DNA from: Marsupella aquatica
Lineage: Eukaryota > Plantae > Marchantiophyta
Assembly (NCBI GenBank): GCA_973895155.1
Contig: OZ316896.1
Span: 2,976,001-3,040,000, forward strand
Direction: 5' to 3'
DNA: 64,000 nucleotides
The notes under the pieces are model-generated. The model did no database searches and had not been told where the DNA came from. It worked only from the letters and a program-made list of their open reading frames with translations. The first letter of the stretch is position 1. Each line of letters starts with the position of its first letter. Of this stretch, positions 52,801 to 64,000 are shown one piece after another. The translations under genes were made by a program, and so were the position numbers.

Positions 52801-53439
52801 ACATCACGAAAATTAGTTTTCTTACGACATATGATTCTAATATCTCCAAGAGAAAATAAAATAGGAATATCATCCGGACTCCTATTCAGATCCATGACTT
52901 CAATAAAGGACAAAGATGATGCACTCCCACTCCTCTCGGTACGACACCACTGGATATATTATTGGCTCGTTAGAAACCATAACAGCAGTTGCAAACTGAG
53001 CTCCAAAATGATAGGTTAAATGTTGCCTCATAGATAGTTTGTCTAAAAGATGGACTCTAATCAAAAACGGATTACGAAGGGGAAGATCAGGGATAACTTT
53101 CTCTCTTGGATTCATGATGGCTCTCCTATTCCTTTGCTATCCGGGCCAAAGGACGCCCCACCCCTATATTCCCAAAGAAACCTTATTTCCTAAGGTCCCA
53201 TCTATAAGTCTACTACTCATTCCTTTGCTATCCGGGCCAAAGGACGCCCCACTACTATGTTCAAGGCACAAAAGAGCTTCACAACCTTGAATGATAAACA
53301 TTGCGGAATGAGGGGAGAATGCCCCTCACCACTTTATTTATAGTGCACACCAAGAGGGCATGGATCAAGCCCAAGCACTTGGATGAAGGCCAAGTGTCAA
53401 ACATCTAATATCAAAGAGTGTGCTTGTTCATAGTTGGTG

Positions 53440-53622
53440 AAACTACTTTTAGTAGGTGAAACTACCATGCGTTGATGGAACTACTATGCGTTGGTGGACC
53501 TACTATGCGTTGGTAAAACTACTGTGCCTTAATGGACCTACTGTGCGTTGGTAGAACTACTATGCGTTGGTGAATATTATTGTAGTTGGTGGAACTACTC
53601 ATATGCATTGGTGGAACTACTA
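53440..53622. repeat. ~20-bp tandem repeat (TTGGTGGAACTACTATGCG) upstream of Sola2-like ORF
   Basis: About 9 degenerate copies. Confidence 0.85.
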
Positions 53623-53826
53623 TAGTCCGTTAATATAGCTAAAGAGTTTTAATAAAATCTAAATTTAATAATCTAACTACTAAATTACTTATATAATCTA
53701 TAGCATATTAAAACAAACAATTTTTTATAACTTAAGAGAAAATCACGACAACGGCGCAATTTTCGAAGGCAAAAGTCATGGTATGACAAGCCTATCGGGC
53801 AGTGCCAAGAGGTCAACACTGAGCAA

Positions 53827-56800
53827 TTGAATAGAGGCATTCAACCGGAAGACGGCAATAGTACGGGCCTGATTTTTGATGCCAAGCAGCAAGCTGATCA
53901 GTTGCTTCTTCATGCTCAGCAGCAAAGTGAGGTATTATTAACTGCTACTAGGAATAAGGCGTTGCGCTTACATGGAGAGGCAACCGCTCAAGCTGCGTTG
54001 AAGCTGCACAACATCGAGAATGACTGTGCTGAAGGCAAAGAAACATTGTCACGTTTGCGCTCTAGGATAGGGCAAAAGCAAGCCGCCCTCAAAGTACTGC
54101 GTGTGCGATTAGGTGAAGGAGCTCACTATCTACAAAGCATGCAAGAGGACCCTCATTTGGCCAGAGAATTTAGGGAGAAAGATGCTGCTAGAAAACGAGC
54201 TGCATATTGGAGACTTCGGAGGATGAGAAGTTTAAGTTTGTCTAGTCATCTTGCTGAGGAAACGCCCAATAGAACTAGACGAGCGGTTGATTCAGTGGTC
54301 TACGAGGTAACTTCAGTCTTATTCAAAAAAATGAGAGATTTCAACTTATCCGCAAGGAAGGTAGTCCTAGAGCGATTTTGGTTGCATTCTTCATTGAGAG
54401 AATATCATCCTACAGCTCTTGGGACCCCTAAGTTAGATGCATTTGTAGGAGCTGCTATAACTGACCTTAGGCAGACCTTGCAAATTGTGAAGTGGGGTAA
54501 AAAGAAAGATCACTTGGCTGTAAAGCATTCAGTGTTGGTAGCTATGGTCGGACAGTCCACGGTTGGCAAGCGATATCAGTCCTCTTTAGCTAAGGCTTTT
54601 GGTATCAAGAGACACAACATTCAAAAAGCATCAAACATGCGGAAGCAGATAGATGAGAACCAATGTATAAAATACCCAATGGGGGAAAGGAAAACCAGGA
54701 GTGACGAGATTAGTGTAGAGGTGCGCAAGATTGTTGAACTATTTTGGAGCACATACACTAGAATCTCACCAGGCAAGAAAGAGATAGCTAGAAAGCGACT
54801 TGGACCAAATCAACATGAGGAACATAAAGTACATTGGCTCGAGGATACAGAGGTAGGATATCCTCACATTGGCTACTTCAATTTCTTTGAGAGTTCTTAA
54901 AATTTTCTGCATTCTTTAGTCCCGTCTTCAGTTGTAGCCAACGATACAAATTTGAGAGCCTGAATTTGGGTAATCTATTAACACCCTGTTGATGTCTATT
55001 TACAGGTTGAATTTTTCTTCAAGTTCCAAGATTGGTGCAAGGCTGAGAACAATGTTGTTTCTATAGGCCTGCGGTCCTTCAGTTATCTGAAACCGTTTTA
55101 CATTCGAACCATGAAGGATCGAAATGTATGCTGCTGCAAGCAGCACGTTGAAATGGACCTCCTGAAAGAGGCACTAAACAAATTCAGGAAGTTTCATCAC
55201 CCCTCTGAGTGTAGTTGTCAGTGTTGTACTTGTAAATCAGTCGCCATTCCATTAGGTGTTTCTTGTGTAGCTTCAAGGACACACATTACCTCTGTTCGAG
55301 GTTGGATGGAAGGTGCGTTGTGTAAGAAAACCGAGGGGCAGGTATGACACAAGAAGGACTATATTATGGGAGGTTGTGTAGATTGTGGAACGTTGAATCT
55401 GGACTGGTGTCCATGGGAGTTGGATTCCACACAACAACTAACTATTAGTTGGCAGAGTTTTGAATATCAGGAGTTAGATGACAACTTACAAATGAAGAAA
55501 GCAAAGAAGCAGGGAAGTGATGAGAGTTCACAAAAAAAGTCTAAACGCTTGAGGATGGTGTATAAGACTACGTCTATAAGTGATTTCAGGAACGTGGTCG
55601 AAGCTAGAATGAAGTCATTTGTTGTTCATGATTTTAGAGCTCGCTGGCAAAGTGACCAGTTTAGATTGTGTTTGAAGACGTTCCCAAGAGGAACCATAGT
55701 GTCTTCAATTGACTTCTCTGAAAATTACACTTTCAAGACGCAAAATGAGATTCAATCGCAACATTGGGACAACAAACAGATTACTTTGTTGATCCATGTG
55801 ACCTATAGACATCGAGAAGATGTGCACCAATCTATGGAGGCTGCAGTGGGACGGACAGTGAGTATGGCACAGAGTGAAGCTGGTGACAGAGATATCATCG
55901 CCGACTATCATTTCTATATCAGTGATGATAATACTCACGACACCTTGTTTGTGCAGCATTGCATGGATGCTCATTACCATTGGATGAAGCAAGAGGGAAT
56001 TGAATTCACTCAGCATTGGGTTTGGTCCGATGGAGCTGCCTCACAATTTAAGGCTTGTAGACCTTTCTACTACGTCTCAAGGTATTACAAGAGATTTGGT
56101 GCACAGATGAAATGGTTTTTCCATGCTTCAGGACATGGAAAGGGTGTAGCTGTAAGTGTGGAACTCTACCTCCAATATTTGAATTCACTGTGTTGTTCTC
56201 ATTATTTAGTTTCATATGAGCTTCTTTACCGTTATACAAGAACATTATTCTTTGGAGTCTAGTTGTATGCTTGTGTGACATTGAATGGACTTTTTCTGCA
56301 TGGATAGGATGCCCTTGGAGGCCACATCAAGAGCGGGATACAGAGAGAGCAGTTGAAGGGGACGCATGGCTTTCGCTTGGAAAATGCTCATGATGTAGTT
56401 GCATTTTGCAAGGAGAAGTTTGCCATTGGTATTGAGAGAGAGTATGATGATGTTTTGCTTGTGAGGCGATTGTTTTGGGAAATAGGTGCTACAGCTGTGA
56501 ATCGGCACAAGAAATGGGACTATGATGCAATCCCAGGATGTAGAGCAATGCATTGTTTTGATGGATTTAGTAACCGACTTTCAACTCTGTTGCAAGTGAG
56601 GGAACTATGTTGTTTTTGTGCTTACTGTCTTGATGAAGAACCACAAAAATGTGAGAATCGAGATCTTGTAGGACTGTATAAGCTTGAGATGGTGAAAGGG
56701 ATTCTCCCTATTGATGTCAAAGCAGACCTTGAAGAAATGGGAGTTGGTGAAGGACTGTTGGAAGGGGACTCAGGGTCTTTGGCAGAGTTGGTGCAGTTGG

Positions 56801-57153
56801 GTGATTTCTATGCAGTGGAAGCAGAGCGCCCAAATCGTTGGGATGTAGACTTTTACATTTTGCAATGCGAGGAGGTCCTACATGATGTCACAGAGATATT
56901 TGTGGATGGATACGAGCAGGAACTTCAGCAGGGTGAACTGGTATTGAAGGGCAGATGGATGCAACCAGTTCCAGGATCGTGCCACACATATGTCTATTTA
57001 GACAAATCACCACCAAGTTTTAGTCTTGCAAAGTCAATAATTCACATTCGATTTGGGCTAAGCCCATGTGATACTTCAGGATGGAAGGGTGGTAGAAGAA
57101 AGTTCAAATTGGACAAAGACACACTTGCAGCAATTACAGATTCTTTGCGGTGA
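53827..57153 (+). pseudogene. Sola2-like DDD transposase, three exons, with at least one in-frame stop
   Basis: RSFSYLKPFY...RNVCCCKQH, Cys-rich CxC motifs, SIDFSENY..QNEIQSQHW..KQITL, ISDDNTHD, WSDGAASQFK, FHASGHGKG / DALGGHIK and CFCAYC. Introns at ~54853-55005 and ~56144-56300; TGA at 55345. Confidence 0.75.
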
Positions 57154-57279
57154 TGAGAGAATCGTCTATTGAGGTAAATTTCTGAATTGCCCAACTTCCT
57201 ACTTTCCTTGCAATCTACATCAACACTTTGAGCTTTGCCCGTAACCCATCCTTAGTGCGTCCATGTGTAAGGATTATGT

Positions 57280-57730
57280 TCTTATGTAAAGACATGTCCA
57301 AGGTGTCCTTGCTATTAGTAAGGACTCCTCTACATAGCGACTCCTTTTGGTTTGATTGCATGTCTAGGACTCGGTCATTTTACAAGGACTAGGACTGTGT
57401 CCTTGGACAAGGACAGAGTCATATTGGAAAGGACCATGCAAAGGACCATGTCCTTTCAAACGGACTAAAAAGGATTTGTGAAGGACTATGTCCTTCGTGA
57501 AGGACACATTCAAGGACTATGTCCTTGACTAAGGACATATTCAAGGACTATGTCCTTGGTGCAAGACATATTCAAGGACTATGTCCTTGGTGCAAGTCAT
57601 GGTAAAGGACTAGTTCCTTAGTTAATGACACAATCCTTAACCGCAGAAAGGACCATACATGTCATATATCCTTTTACATGGACTTCACAAAGGACTCTCC
57701 CAATGTATAAACTAGACTGTGTCCTTGTGT
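57280..57730. repeat. Palindromic tandem repeats (AAGGACTATGTCCTT core)
   Basis: Repeated AAGGAC-N3-GTCCTT hairpin units just downstream of the Sola2-like ORF. Confidence 0.85.
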
Positions 57731-57934
57731 ATTAAGGGTCTGGGAGATATATGTGGCCAGATAACTAGCGACAATGCTTATATGAGAATTCTTTGAGCTG
57801 CTTGTATGAATGCGTTCTATTTTTTTAGGTGGTTGGGCCTTTGTAAATTTGCAATCAGGTACTTATACAATTTGTACTGGTGTTTTGCGTTTTGAACACA
57901 GACTAAACCTTCAAGATACTTCGGGCATGACTAC

Positions 57935-58045
57935 ATCATGTAGACTAAGGGACACTCTGGATGACATACTCTAGATGGTAGAGACTGAGTGACATACTCT
58001 AGATGGTAGAGACTAAGTGACATACTCTAGATGGTAGACCGAGTG
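57935..58045. repeat. ~28-bp tandem repeat GACATACTCTAGATGGTAGAGACT
   Basis: Three near-identical copies plus a degenerate one. Confidence 0.85.
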
Positions 58046-58857
58046 CCACTTTTGGCACTCGGCTCACAAGATAATCATGTTTGTAATATTTCATGTTAAT
58101 GGATCTGCATTTCATCACTTAAGGAATTTTTCCTTCTCATTTCTTCAAGGGCCTTGTGGACATGATGTGCCTTGATTTCCTTGCGTGTGGTTGTACCTTT
58201 CTGTAAGCATATCTGAATCATGCACAAAGCAATTGTTCAGATAGAAACGGCGGGTTATTAAGTCTCTGTTTATGTCACACTTGATGACAATAGTACGGGA
58301 CATCCATTTGTGGTCTCAAACTTTCTGTTGTCAGGTGTACTCTACAAAAGTATCAACTCAAAATAATCCCTTGGATTACACACCTAATTGCAGGGCGCTA
58401 TTTTTGTACATTCAACATTTTTGCAAGTATATACCAATCCACACTTGTCACTTCCAGCCAACTTCTTCCCACCGTATAGCTGCCTTCCAAGTTACAAAAC
58501 CTCTGGTGCCCATTTGTCTCCTCGAGGATTTAGTGCAAAGATATACCTCAACTAAAATATATCATCTAGACCACCTATTGAAGGAACTTCCAAGCTTCTC
58601 TTGAACAGTTGTGGTCTTCATGCCCAGAGACTTAAGTGTCAGAAAGGTACAATTGAAGTAACATATTGATCAGAGGCGCATCCATAGACAAGAATTGAGG
58701 ACTCAACACATATACAGAAGCTTGTGTTGAGACAACAACACTATATTGATCAAGTACTTTACTGTATAGAGTTCGAGCTTGAAACAACATCCAGTTCAGT
58801 GTGGATTTCATACCATCACTAGAATACAACAGTCTGCTACATACTATAGCACTCTAA

Positions 58858-59562
58858 TTACTCCTCCGAAATACGAAAAGACTTCAAAGACATGACGAGG
58901 TCTCCAGAAAAGTCCAAAATAGCACGCTGAAGTCTCTGAAATGATGTTGCTCCACCATCTTTGGTGGTATCAAGACAATCACCAAAATTGGGTGAGGTAC
59001 TGATCTTAGTCTTACTAACATTGGGCTTAAATTCATCTCTGTCCGAATGATTTATTATAGCGCGAGTAGCTTCATCTACCAGCAGATGCCCACGAGCCTT
59101 AACAATACTCACTGCTCGAAGGTCATCACTACGGCCTAACTTTGCCACACACGTGATGGTCCACAATTCACTCTGCACCTGCCCACAGACTTCTTGCACC
59201 TTCTCTGGGCTACTCTCCCATAGCTTCTTAAAGGCTTCTCCTGACATCCCCAGTAGTTGCAACCCGCAATCTTCATTCACCAAAATAACGTAATCCCCGA
59301 CTTGCACAGCAAAGCAATACATAAAACTGCCAGTTCCAACACTGCAACAGACATGTTCGGATCGTCCTCGAGAATGAGGACCCACGGGAGACTGAGGGTT
59401 CAATTTTCTCAGCCTGTAGGCATTCTTGCCCAAAGTGCATGGCTTACCATCACTCAACAAAACATTGCAGCCTTCATAAACAAATGACCCAGCACAAACT
59501 CCCCACATGTGGTCAATTTTGATATCCACCAGGGTGGTGAACTTGTCCTCAAGATTGTCCAT
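58858..59562 (-). CDS. Putative Zn-binding OB-fold protein resembling RPA1 C-terminal domain
   Basis: FVYEGC...C...C...YCFAVQVGD...EDCGLQLLGMSGEAF follows the RPA1 DBD-C pattern Y.AC..C..C..Y.l.v.i.D....ae.LLG.sa.e. The start or upstream exon is uncertain. Confidence 0.5.
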   Translation of the reverse strand: MDNLEDKFTTLVDIKIDHMWGVCAGSFVYEGCNVLLSDGKPCTLGKNAYRLRKLNPQSPVGPHSRGRSEHVCCSVGTGSFMYCFAVQVGDYVILVNEDCGLQLLGMSGEAFKKLWESSPEKVQEVCGQVQSELWTITCVAKLGRSDDLRAVSIVKARGHLLVDEATRAIINHSDRDEFKPNVSKTKISTSPNFGDCLDTTKDGGATSFQRLQRAILDFSGDLVMSLKSFRISEE

Positions 59563-59879
59563 GATCTGCACAAAGATAATATATGAAGGGTTACATATCA
59601 ACTATTGGTCATCGGATGGTTTCTCTTGCAAACTAAAGAGGAGGGTCTTGTCTTCTAGTCAAGACTGGGGGTCCTTTAGTGCAAAGATATACCTCAACTA
59701 AAATATATCATCTAGACCACCTATTGAAGGAACTTCCAAGCTTCTCTTGAACAGTTGTGGTCTTCATGCCCAGAGACTTAAGTGTCAGAAAGGTACAACT
59801 GAAGTAACATATTGATCAAGTCCTGACTAAAGGACCCCCAGTCTTGACTAGAAGACAATACTGATCATCAGTTACCCGT

Positions 59880-60170
59880 AGTCCTGACTAAAGGACCGAA
59901 GTCCTTGAGTCAGGACCGGGAGTCTTGACTAAAGAACCGCGAGGACTGGAGTCCTGACTCAAGGACCCCGAGTCCTGACTCAAGGACCCCGAGTCCTGAC
60001 TCAAGGACCCAGAGTCCTCACACAAGGACCACAATTCCTGACTCAAGGACCCCGAGTCCTGAATCAAGGACCCGGAGTCCTCACACAAGGACCACAATTC
60101 CTGACCCCCAACTCAAAGAGTCCGGAAGAGTCTTGACACAAGGACTTGGAGTTACTGACTCCACGACCTA
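59880..60170. repeat. 21-bp tandem repeat GAGTCCTGACTCAAGGACCCC
   Basis: About 12 degenerate copies, each with a GTCCT...AGGAC palindrome. Confidence 0.9.
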
Positions 60171-60427
60171 CAAGTAGTGCAAATCATACAGAGCAATGAA
60201 CATAAGCTATGGAGAGAATCCAAAAAGGAACTTACACAGAGCTCAATACTGGGACTTTCGGCCCCGCTGTGCACGAGTTTGCTGCACAAAACAAAAACTG
60301 AGTTAAAGCAAACCTTTCTTGAATGCATCTTCTAACAATTGTCACCATAGCTCTCCTCACTACAAACTGCGGATGCACAATTTACATTGGAGAGGGCAAT
60401 GATTTTTCCTGGATCAGAACTTGAAAG

Positions 60428-62937
60428 TCAATCATCCACAGAAAGTTTCCTTTGGGAGGAATGAGCGGGAATAGTCACAGTAGGTGAGTTTCCGCCAAGT
60501 GCTTGACTCAAGAATCCAAGAGGTGTCTTCACCAACACCAAACGCTTATAATTGACATGAACGCCACACTCAGGGGAAAAAGGCATTGTATCTGGACTCA
60601 ACAACCTTTTGCTACAGTTCACCTTCCTAGCTGATTCCTGTTCAACCTTTCGTTTCTTCCCCGACTCCCCACCCTCTACTTTTGGTGTCACCAAAGGTAT
60701 CTTAGACGATCCGTCCTCAGGCTCATCATCGCCTATATCAATGATGGAAGTGGCCTCCATGGCGCTCAAATACATGAGAGCTTGGCCGTGAGAATCCCCC
60801 TCAAAATACAATCACCAAATAATTACAGTAGTTGACAAAATCATACGGGTGCAAACATAACAGGCAAAAATGTGTCTACAAACTATAAAGAGATGTGCAG
60901 GCACAAATAATTCAGAAGATTGCTTTACAAATTCAAACCTGTGATTGAGCTGTTTGAACTATCCGCGAAACCTCTCTTCGTCTTCCCAAACATCTGCCCT
61001 TCTTCCCATACATATCTTTTAAGTCTGTTATGTAAGAATGCCGTGATTCAACCAGACTTGGTGATGCATATGAACTTGGCAAACCCCAACTTCGCAACCA
61101 ATCATCACTGAAGGCATAGGAGCATGCCAAACACTTAGCACTCTGTTCTGATGAACCGAGTATTGGAAATAGACAACTCGGATGGTAGGTGTGCCCACAA
61201 GATGTTGGAATCCAGTTGAAGCAATGAAACCCATTGCAACACACTGGACAAACAGTAAGTGAAGCTTGGACTCCTACAGATCAACAAGAAGTAGGAATAA
61301 AACGAGGAGCTAACACAGGGCAAGGATGCTTCAAAACTTTGTTTAAAATGGAATGTTCCTGAGATTGAGCTTCCAGAAGCTCCTCCACCCCCTTAACGAC
61401 AATCTCCCTTTCTTCCACGACTTTGGTCAATCTTGCCACCTTGCTTGGCAAGTCTTTGAACATATGATCTTTGTCGGTGTGGAGCGTCCTCAACACAGTC
61501 AACTCATCTGAAATTGATCTTGACCGGGAGTTCAACATCTCAATTGTGGCCTCATGCTGCTTCAGATCAGTCTGAAGGTGTGTCAAGTAATCGTTGGGGG
61601 TCTGTCACAAAGAATAAAAAACAGAGTGTCATTCATCAACTCACAAATCATATTAGCTGCAAGCTACTAATCTCAGATTTCCAACGTTAGTGAAGAGAAT
61701 AAATAGAAAGTGCGATAAAAACTAATGTGGAAATTGATCAGAGTGAAACCTCATCGTCTTCACATTGGTTGCCTTCTTCCAACTCAATGGCATTCGTGGT
61801 TTCTTCATGCTTCTCTTCTTCATTTGATACTGAATCCTTTACAAGCTTCAACTTCTCCTCTAGTTTGCAAATTTGATGATGAATCCGCTGCAGTGCACTT
61901 CGCCGGTCGCACTCTGAAGATTTCAAATTTTCCAGGCTTTGAAGAAGTTTCTGAACATCTTCGCGGGCCTCTCTTACTTGGTTCTTACTCCATGACATTT
62001 CTGATTCAAGCATGGATAGTAACAAGGCACGAGGGGGGGTACTTGGCGACTGCGCAAGAGTGGAAGGACTTGGCCGCACCCACGGAATAGGGGAGGCAGA
62101 TGCAGTACCAAGTAGCTCAGTAGGAACTTTTTCGAGGGAAAGAACATCCCATCCGCTCTCGGGGATTGGAGACTTCATCGTTGGCTCTTTCAAAGAGAGG
62201 CTTGAAGGAACTCGGGGAGGAACTGCCTCATGAATTGCATCCTCAATAACTTGTGCATCTGCGCGCTTATAGACACGACCAGTCTTCCTTACACAAGGGG
62301 GCCCATTAGGCTTACCTTTGCCTTCTCTATGCCACTGAACAATCTGGCCTTTCAACTTAGATGCAGCGTACGCGGCCCAATTAACTGTCCTCCCCAACAC
62401 TCGCTCAGCATACACTCCCTTAACAAATGTATGTGCCAACACTCCATTGACCGGCTTCTCATATCCATCGACAACTTTGGATAAATGTAAGACATCCTCT
62501 TGTGGCAAGCCCGTGCAACTACCTAGTTTGTAACCGCTCCGTCCCTTATCTCCAAAGCACGTGACTAGCATTTCCTCACTGATGTCAATGATTCTATGGA
62601 GATTTTTGCCTTCATTCGGAAGGCCAAATTGGGTAGCAAAGAAGTGAGCGTCCTTGTAAAAATCTGCTGGATCCCATTCGTTGTCTGTCGCCTCTGAAGT
62701 TGGCTTGACTCTACCTTTAGATTTCTCAATAGATGCTACCGCTCGAGCAACACAATCATCTGAACTGGGTTTTCCTTTAGAGAGTTTGACTAACACAGAC
62801 CCGGCTGGATCCCATTCGTTGTCTGTCGCCTCTGAAGTTGGCTTGACTCTACCTTTAGATTTCTCAATAGATGCTACCGCTCGAGCACCACAATCGTCTG
62901 AACTGGGTTTTCCTTTAGAGAGTTTGTTGACTAACAC
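60428..62937 (-). pseudogene. Multi-exon coiled-coil + RING-H2 protein with an in-frame stop
   Basis: ORFs 61738-62937, 61281-61586, 60933-61244 and 60428-60811. ORFs 61281-61586 and 60933-61244 are in the same frame across one TGA. CPVC-x13-CGHTYHPSC-x13-CLAC fits C3H2C3 RING spacing, with coiled-coil stretches upstream. Confidence 0.6.
62664..62928. repeat. In-frame ~138-bp tandem duplication within ORF 61738-62937
   Basis: KLSKGKPSSDDC.ARAVASIEKSKGRVKPTSEATDNEWDPA occurs twice. Confidence 0.9.
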
Positions 62938-64000
62938 AGACCCGGTTGAGCGTTCTTAAGGAGAGTTTTCTAATGACCCTACACCCTCACCTCCATCAAC
63001 GGGCAATGGAAGTGGGGTATCCATCAAAACAACTACGAAAAGTCCTGACTAAATCTGATGAGAGTTCTGGTAAATCTAAAGTAGAGAAGGTTACGTCAAA
63101 TATCGATGAAAGGAAGTAGAATAGGTGGTGCATTAGGTATCAAAGTTACAAGCGTACCCTCAGTCTGGCCTGCGGAGCACGTCACGCTCATGAAGTAGTA
63201 CTTCCACCCAAACCTGCACAAACTCTCCATGCCCACAACATGTCAAAGACCATGTATGCAACATTTGCACCATCGCTGATTTGAAAGTTCTTGAGTTTAC
63301 AAGCACCTATCGCCGAACGCGTCACTGCGACTGTGAGGAATATGAAGGTCTGTCTAGAATTGGTTGAAACTGCAACAAAGCAACATTTGCTTACCCGAAC
63401 TCTAAACCAATGTCACCAAACCGCACCACCTTAGAAAAGATTTGAAAGAATAGAGAGTCCGCAATGCTATGTTTCCTTCAAGCACTAAAATTGAAACATT
63501 CGGCGGAACTCCTCAACGTTCATTGTCGACGTTTACTGCCGACATCCACTACTTTGCGACGTTCAGTCTCGTTCAGTCTCGCCACCATTGTCATTGACAA
63601 TCCCCTAAGCCTCCCAAACAAACTACTTTGCGACACTACTCGGCGTTCACTCCCCCCGCCACTGTCGTTGAGTATCCTCGAAGCCTCCCGAACATCTGGA
63701 AATCTAAGGCACAGTAGGCCCCAACGGCCAATTCCTCACTGTTGATGGAAACCCGCGGATGGCACGGAAGCCGCGTGGCTATTTCAAACTTGACGGCGAT
63801 TTCAAACTGTGGGAATGACGGAACTGGTCCCCTCCTTCTTCTCCGTGGAAGGACCTTAGTGGCTAGAAATGATGCGATGTCCTTTTGCATCATTAATTCC
63901 TTCACGGGGTTGAAGTCCTTGGTGGCCCCACTATCCTTCAATCTTGATCGTTGATCTTCGTATCACCACAAGGACTACCTCTCCATTTTGGTGATCCTTT

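Larger units (their letters stand above)
51797..64000. mobile_element. Large (>12 kb) insertion with Sola2-like transposase and accessory ORFs; right end outside window
   Basis: The copia pol frame (HIPEMCKNLISLG) breaks at ~51796, then GGTCAAATGCAAG begins and copia sequence never resumes. It may be one element or several nested ones. Confidence 0.6.

Noticed and set aside
59880-60170. Palindromic 21-bp repeats as a CRISPR array
   Set aside because: No spacers; this is a head-to-tail minisatellite.

Overview
Transposon-rich eukaryotic DNA from a land plant; a non-seed plant such as a bryophyte or lycophyte is likely, but that is inference. Recognisable host genes are a DMP/DUF679 gene, an intronless V-ATPase proteolipid c subunit gene and a frameshifted Lipocalin_5-like gene that looks fungal. 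Most of the rest is nested transposons. (1) Three Helitrons are inserted one inside another, and the innermost carries a decayed Rep/Pif1 helicase gene. (2) One Ty1/copia element has both LTRs but is defective. (3) A second copy of that copia family is interrupted by three insertions: an 8.2-kb DNA transposon, a 297-bp MITE with matching ends, and a >12-kb insertion running off the window. The 8.2-kb element has 15-bp CTCGGGGGTCTCACT TIRs, an 8-bp TSD, a P-element-type DDE transposase and a D-armless tRNA-like cloverleaf downstream. The >12-kb insertion has a Sola2-like transposase plus RING-H2 and RPA-like OB-fold ORFs. Family assignments come from motif recognition by eye, with no database search.
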